Assembly (NCBI GenBank): GCA_038243995.1
Contig: JBBRTV010000010.1
Coordinates: forward strand, 82,431-146,430
Reading direction: 5' to 3'
DNA length: 64,000 nt
Source: Burkholderiales bacterium
Lineage (GTDB): Bacteria > Pseudomonadota > Gammaproteobacteria > Burkholderiales > Burkholderiaceae_C
Both the position numbers and the translations under genes were made by a program. Below are positions 60,193 through 64,000 of this stretch, piece by piece. Under the pieces are notes generated by a model that saw only the letters and a program-made list of their open reading frames with translations, did no database searches and was not told the DNA's origin. Position 1 is the first letter of the stretch, and each line of letters begins with the position of its first letter.

Positions 60193-61227
60193 TCAGCGCG
60201 AGAGCGCGGTGCGGATCGTGCTGTCGGGAATCGCGCCGCTGCAGTCGGCACAGAACCAGGCCCAGCTGTCGGCGTTCTCGATCGCCTTCGCGACACCGAG
60301 CCGGGCCGGTGCGATTCCGCCCGCCGACTCGTAGGCGTGATCCTCGGTTCCGAGCTCGAGGTGGGTGAGTTCGTGGATGACGATCCGGGTCCAGTTCGCG
60401 AGACCCGTCAGCGTGTTGTACCTGCCGAAGAAGTTGCGTTCGATATAGACGACGTCCAGTTCGTCGTCCCACACCGCGGCCTCGTAGTCGTTCAGGTCGG
60501 CGCGGTGGCGCAGCGGAACCAGGTCGGCGTAGACGAGACAGCCCGACATCAGCTTGACGGCGATCTTCTTGAGCCCCGCGTCGAGCGTGCCCGCGATCGA
60601 AAGCAGATCGCAGGCCTGGCATTCGGCGTCGGCGAACCAGCGGGCGATCCTCGCGGCGTGGGCGCTGGCCTGCGGATCGCCCGCCACGATCATGGCCTTG
60701 TGCACCCACCGCAGAGCCATCTGGGATGCATTTCCCAGATGCTTGCGCTGCTCCCTGTCGAACTGTTCGCACGGATCGGTGAGCTTGAGGCTCGCCGCCG
60801 CCGCGTCGCCCTTGAGCGCTTCGTGCGGCCAGTCGGGGAAGACGGTGGGCGTTGCGAGGCACCAGACGCGGTGGGCCCCGAAGCGGCGCAGCAGGTACGT
60901 GTGCCGCAGCACCTTCAACGCGCCCAGCCGCTGCGCGACCTCCGGCGTGATGGTGGCGGCCGCAGCGCTCATGCCGGGGCCGCGGCCGGGCGCGTGCCCG
61001 GCCGCCCGGAGCATCGTCGCGGCCTCGCCGGCGCCCTGCAGATCGGCCTGGATCAGTGCCGCGCGCAGGTCATCCACGACCCGCGCCTCGCCAATGGCGA
61101 AACCTTCGACATCCACGAACTTGCGTGCACGTTCGACGATGGCCTGCCAGGGCTTGTCCCCGCAGAAGTCTCGGCTCGCCAGGCCCACCCGCATGTTGTC
61201 GTAGGCGGCGGTGAAATTCGTCGGCAT
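60193..61227 (-). CDS. M35 (aspzincin)-like zinc metallopeptidase without signal peptide
   Basis: IHELTH + GTEDHAY + NADSWAWF, matching the HExxH + GTxD M35 signature. Confidence 0.8.
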   Translation of the reverse strand: MPTNFTAAYDNMRVGLASRDFCGDKPWQAIVERARKFVDVEGFAIGEARVVDDLRAALIQADLQGAGEAATMLRAAGHAPGRGPGMSAAAATITPEVAQRLGALKVLRHTYLLRRFGAHRVWCLATPTVFPDWPHEALKGDAAAASLKLTDPCEQFDREQRKHLGNASQMALRWVHKAMIVAGDPQASAHAARIARWFADAECQACDLLSIAGTLDAGLKKIAVKLMSGCLVYADLVPLRHRADLNDYEAAVWDDELDVVYIERNFFGRYNTLTGLANWTRIVIHELTHLELGTEDHAYESAGGIAPARLGVAKAIENADSWAWFCADCSGAIPDSTIRTALSR

Positions 61228-61403
61228 CGCGCTGTCCTTGTGTAGTCAAGATGCAGTGGATGCTAAGGACGAGGCGGCGCGCAGCCGGTGGAAAACGCGC
61301 CGGTTTCCGGTTGCGATGGCAGCGGTCGCCGATTGATGCCCGGGTCGGCGCGCCGCATGCGCCGCCCGCGATGCCAAAGCCCCGCCTTGACGGCGCGCCC
61401 CGC

Positions 61404-63167
61404 TCAGAAGCCCGACGCCGCGCCGTTGGGATTGCGCGGATCCGAGTACCCGTAAAACCCGGTCGGCGTGATCTCGATGGTCTGGGTGCGCCCCATCGCC
61501 GGCTGCTCGACGACCTTGTAGCCCATCGCGGCGAGCAGCGCCGTCGTGTCGGCGTTGAGGCCCTTCTCGACGCGCAGTTCGTCGGGCTGCCACTGGTGAT
61601 GGATGCGTACGGCGCTGCCTGCCTCGGCCGGATTCATGCCGAAGTCGATCATGTCGACGATCGTCTGCAACGTCGTCGTGATGATGCGCGCGCCGCCCGG
61701 GCTGCCGGTCGCCAGCCAGGGCTTGCCGTCCTTGAGCACGATCGTGGGCGACATCGAACTGAGCGGACGCTTCATGGCTTGCACGGCGTTCGCGTCGCCG
61801 CCGACCAGTCCGTAGGCGTTGGGCACGCCGGGCTTGACGGAGAAGTCGTCCATCTCGTTGTTCAGCAGGATCCCGGTGCCCCGGGCGACGATGCCGGAGC
61901 CGAAACTGGTGTTGAGCGTGTAGGTGACGCTCACGACGTTGCCCCGCGCGTCGGCGATCGTGAACTGAGTCGTCTGGTCGCTCTCGTAGGGCTGCGGCCT
62001 GCCGGGGCGGATCATCGACGACGGCGTCGCCTTCAATGGATCGATCTTCCTGGCCAGCTCCCGGGCGTAGGCCGGGGAGGTCAGGCCCTTGACGGGGACA
62101 CGCACGAAGTCGGGGTCGCCGAGGTACTCGGAGCGGTCGGCGTAGGCGAGCTTCATCGCCTCGGCTTCAGCGTGGATGGTCCGGGCGCTGTTGTGCCCCC
62201 AGTCCTTGAGCGGGAAGTTCGACAGGATGTTGAGGATCTGCACGATATGGACGCCGCCCGAGCTCGGCGGCGGCATCGAGACGATCTGGTAGCCGCGGTA
62301 GTCGCCCCTGACCGGCTCGCGCTCGACGACCTTGTAGCTCTTCAGGTCGGCGGCCGTGATGAGGCCGTCGTGAGCCTTCGCCTCGGCGACGATCGCATTG
62401 CCGATGGAGCCGTCGTAGAACGCCCGCGCGCCGTCGCGGCTGATGAGGCGCATGCTCCGGCCGAGATCGGGATTGCGCAGGACATCGCCAGTGCGAAGCG
62501 GCTTGCCGTCCTTGAAGAAGATCCTGCGCGAATCGACCCATGCGCCCAGGTGCTGTTGCTCGGCATCGAGCGTGACGGCCAGTTGCTCGTCGACCGCGAA
62601 GCCCTTCTCGGCCAGCGCGACCGCGGGCGCGATCAGCTCGGCGCGTCGTCGCGTGCCGTAGTGCTCCAGCGCATACATCATGCCGGCCACGGTGCCCGGC
62701 ACGCCGATCGCCGCCTGCGTGAACAGCGACTTGTCGGCGATCACGTTGCCCTTGGCGTCGAGGTACATGTTGCGCGTCGCGGCCGCCGGCGCCGTCTCGC
62801 GGAAGTCGATCGCGGTGTCCTTGCCGCTCCTGGCGTCGTGCAGGAGCATGAAGCCGCCGCCGCCGAGGTTGCCGGCGTTGGGCAGCGTCGCCGCGAGCGC
62901 GAACGCGGTCGCGACCGCGGCGTCGACGGCGTTGCCACCTCTGCGCAGCACGTCGCGGCCGACTTCGGACGCCAGCAGACTCTCCGATGCGACCATTCCG
63001 TGCAGAGCATGGACGGGATGGAAGATCTCGTTGGTCAGGTCGTAGCGCACGACGCCGGTCGACCCCTGCGCGGCGCCGGATGCCGGCAGCGCGAGCAGTA
63101 CGGCCAGGAGGGCGGCGGCCGACAGCGCCGAACGCGAGCGCAGTGCGGGAATTCTGTTCGAAGGCAT
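61404..63167 (-). CDS. ggt: Gamma-glutamyltransferase
   Basis: Signal peptide, GGNAVDAAVA, AGNLGGGGF, IDFRE, PPPSSGG, PYESDQTT, LNNEMDDF, RPLSSMSPT, GSPGGARI. Confidence 0.95.
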   Translation of the reverse strand: MPSNRIPALRSRSALSAAALLAVLLALPASGAAQGSTGVVRYDLTNEIFHPVHALHGMVASESLLASEVGRDVLRRGGNAVDAAVATAFALAATLPNAGNLGGGGFMLLHDARSGKDTAIDFRETAPAAATRNMYLDAKGNVIADKSLFTQAAIGVPGTVAGMMYALEHYGTRRRAELIAPAVALAEKGFAVDEQLAVTLDAEQQHLGAWVDSRRIFFKDGKPLRTGDVLRNPDLGRSMRLISRDGARAFYDGSIGNAIVAEAKAHDGLITAADLKSYKVVEREPVRGDYRGYQIVSMPPPSSGGVHIVQILNILSNFPLKDWGHNSARTIHAEAEAMKLAYADRSEYLGDPDFVRVPVKGLTSPAYARELARKIDPLKATPSSMIRPGRPQPYESDQTTQFTIADARGNVVSVTYTLNTSFGSGIVARGTGILLNNEMDDFSVKPGVPNAYGLVGGDANAVQAMKRPLSSMSPTIVLKDGKPWLATGSPGGARIITTTLQTIVDMIDFGMNPAEAGSAVRIHHQWQPDELRVEKGLNADTTALLAAMGYKVVEQPAMGRTQTIEITPTGFYGYSDPRNPNGAASGF

Positions 63168-63306
63168 GGGCAGGCGGATCCTCGTAGGGCGGGGCAACTG
63201 TGGCCGCCATGGTAGATCCACCCCGCCTGCGCGCACCGTGCCTCCCCGGCGGCCCGTGGTGCAATACGGGCATTCGATGTCCCCCTACCTCCGGAGCAAC
63301 CCAGCC

Positions 63307-64000
63307 ATGTCGAAACGTCTGCCTCGCCTGCTCGCCGTCGCGGCCGCCATCGGTGCCGCCGCCAGCGCGATGTTCACTTCTCCCGGGGCGCAGGCCGCTG
63401 CGCCGGAGCCCAAGGTGCTCAACATCTACAACTGGTCGGACTACATCGCCGACGACACGCTGAAGGGCTTCGAGAAAGAGACCGGCATCAAGGTCAACTA
63501 CGACAACTACGACACCAACGAGGTGCTGCACGGCAAGCTGCTGGCCGGCAAGACGGGCTACGACATCGTCGTGCCGAGCGCGCACTTCGCGAAGATGCAG
63601 ATCGAGGCCGGCCTGTTCCAGAAGCTCGACCGCAGCAAGCTCGGCAACTGGGGCAACCTCGATCCCGAACTGCTCAAGCTGATGGCCAAGGTCGACCCCG
63701 GCAACCAGTACCTCGTCGACTGGCTGTGGGGCTTCATCACCGTGGGCATCAACACCGGCAAGGTCAGGCAGGCGCTGGGCGGCATGCCCCTGCCCGCCAA
63801 TCCCTGGTCGCTGGTCTTCGATCCGAAGTACGCCGACAAGCTCAAGAGCTGCGGCATCAGCTTCCTCGACTCGCCATCCGAAGTGCTGCCCATCGCGCTC
63901 GGCTACGTCGGCAAGCCGGCCTACAGCGGCAAAGCGGCCGACTATGCCGTGGCCGAGGCGATGTTGAAGAAGGTGCGCCCGGACATCTCGCGCTTCTCGT
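63307..64000 (+). CDS. potF: Polyamine ABC transporter binding protein (PotF/SpuD-like; runs off the window)
   Basis: Translated manually: MSKRLPRLLA...VLNIYNWSDYIADDTLKGFEKETGIKVNYDNYDTNE...GYDIVVPS. Confidence 0.85.
   Translation, partial: MSKRLPRLLAVAAAIGAAASAMFTSPGAQAAAPEPKVLNIYNWSDYIADDTLKGFEKETGIKVNYDNYDTNEVLHGKLLAGKTGYDIVVPSAHFAKMQIEAGLFQKLDRSKLGNWGNLDPELLKLMAKVDPGNQYLVDWLWGFITVGINTGKVRQALGGMPLPANPWSLVFDPKYADKLKSCGISFLDSPSEVLPIALGYVGKPAYSGKAADYAVAEAMLKKVRPDISRFS

Noticed and set aside
61966-61980. GGT small-subunit start reads TTQF rather than TTH(F/Y)
   Set aside because: The nucleophilic Thr and the other motifs are intact; this is probably ordinary variation.

Overview
GC-rich (about 70% by eye) bacterial chromosome segment. 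The gene families suggest a Burkholderiales betaproteobacterium, but that is an inference. 1-13.6 kb is mostly housekeeping and redox genes: a thioredoxin-fold protein, an MmcB-like protein, PfpI plus an RHH protein, LysR-azoR-pirin, a DUF4397 lipoprotein, fadH, an S53 peptidase, PAP2, NnrU and MaoC. 13.8-48.5 kb is a roughly 35 kb amino-sugar glycan utilisation locus with two arms. The GlcNAc arm has nagK-nagA-nagB(II)-nagZ, an AmpG-like MFS, a GH16-like protein and an ABC ATPase, plus nagQ and TonB-dependent receptor (TBDR) 1; it is marked by four TGGT-N5-AG-TGGTAY direct-repeat operators. The putative chitosan/glucosamine arm has TBDR2, a GH8 lipoprotein, an ROK repressor, an ABC binding protein and two permeases, an ROK kinase, a GH9 exo-glucosaminidase-like enzyme, TBDR3 and NagX/DUF5009; it is marked by a recurrent ATTTGATT motif. 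48.7-64 kb holds a soluble chemoreceptor, a diguanylate cyclase, an RND efflux system with a two-component pair, a G-rich repeat, an M35-like metalloprotease with a small partner gene, ggt and the start of potF. The best candidate for an under-described system is a TonB-dependent, ROK-regulated chitosan (fungal cell wall) utilisation locus in a Gram-negative bacterium, wired to the NagQ regulon. No rRNA, tRNA, CRISPR array or transposase was recognised. All family assignments come from motif recognition by eye, not from database searches.
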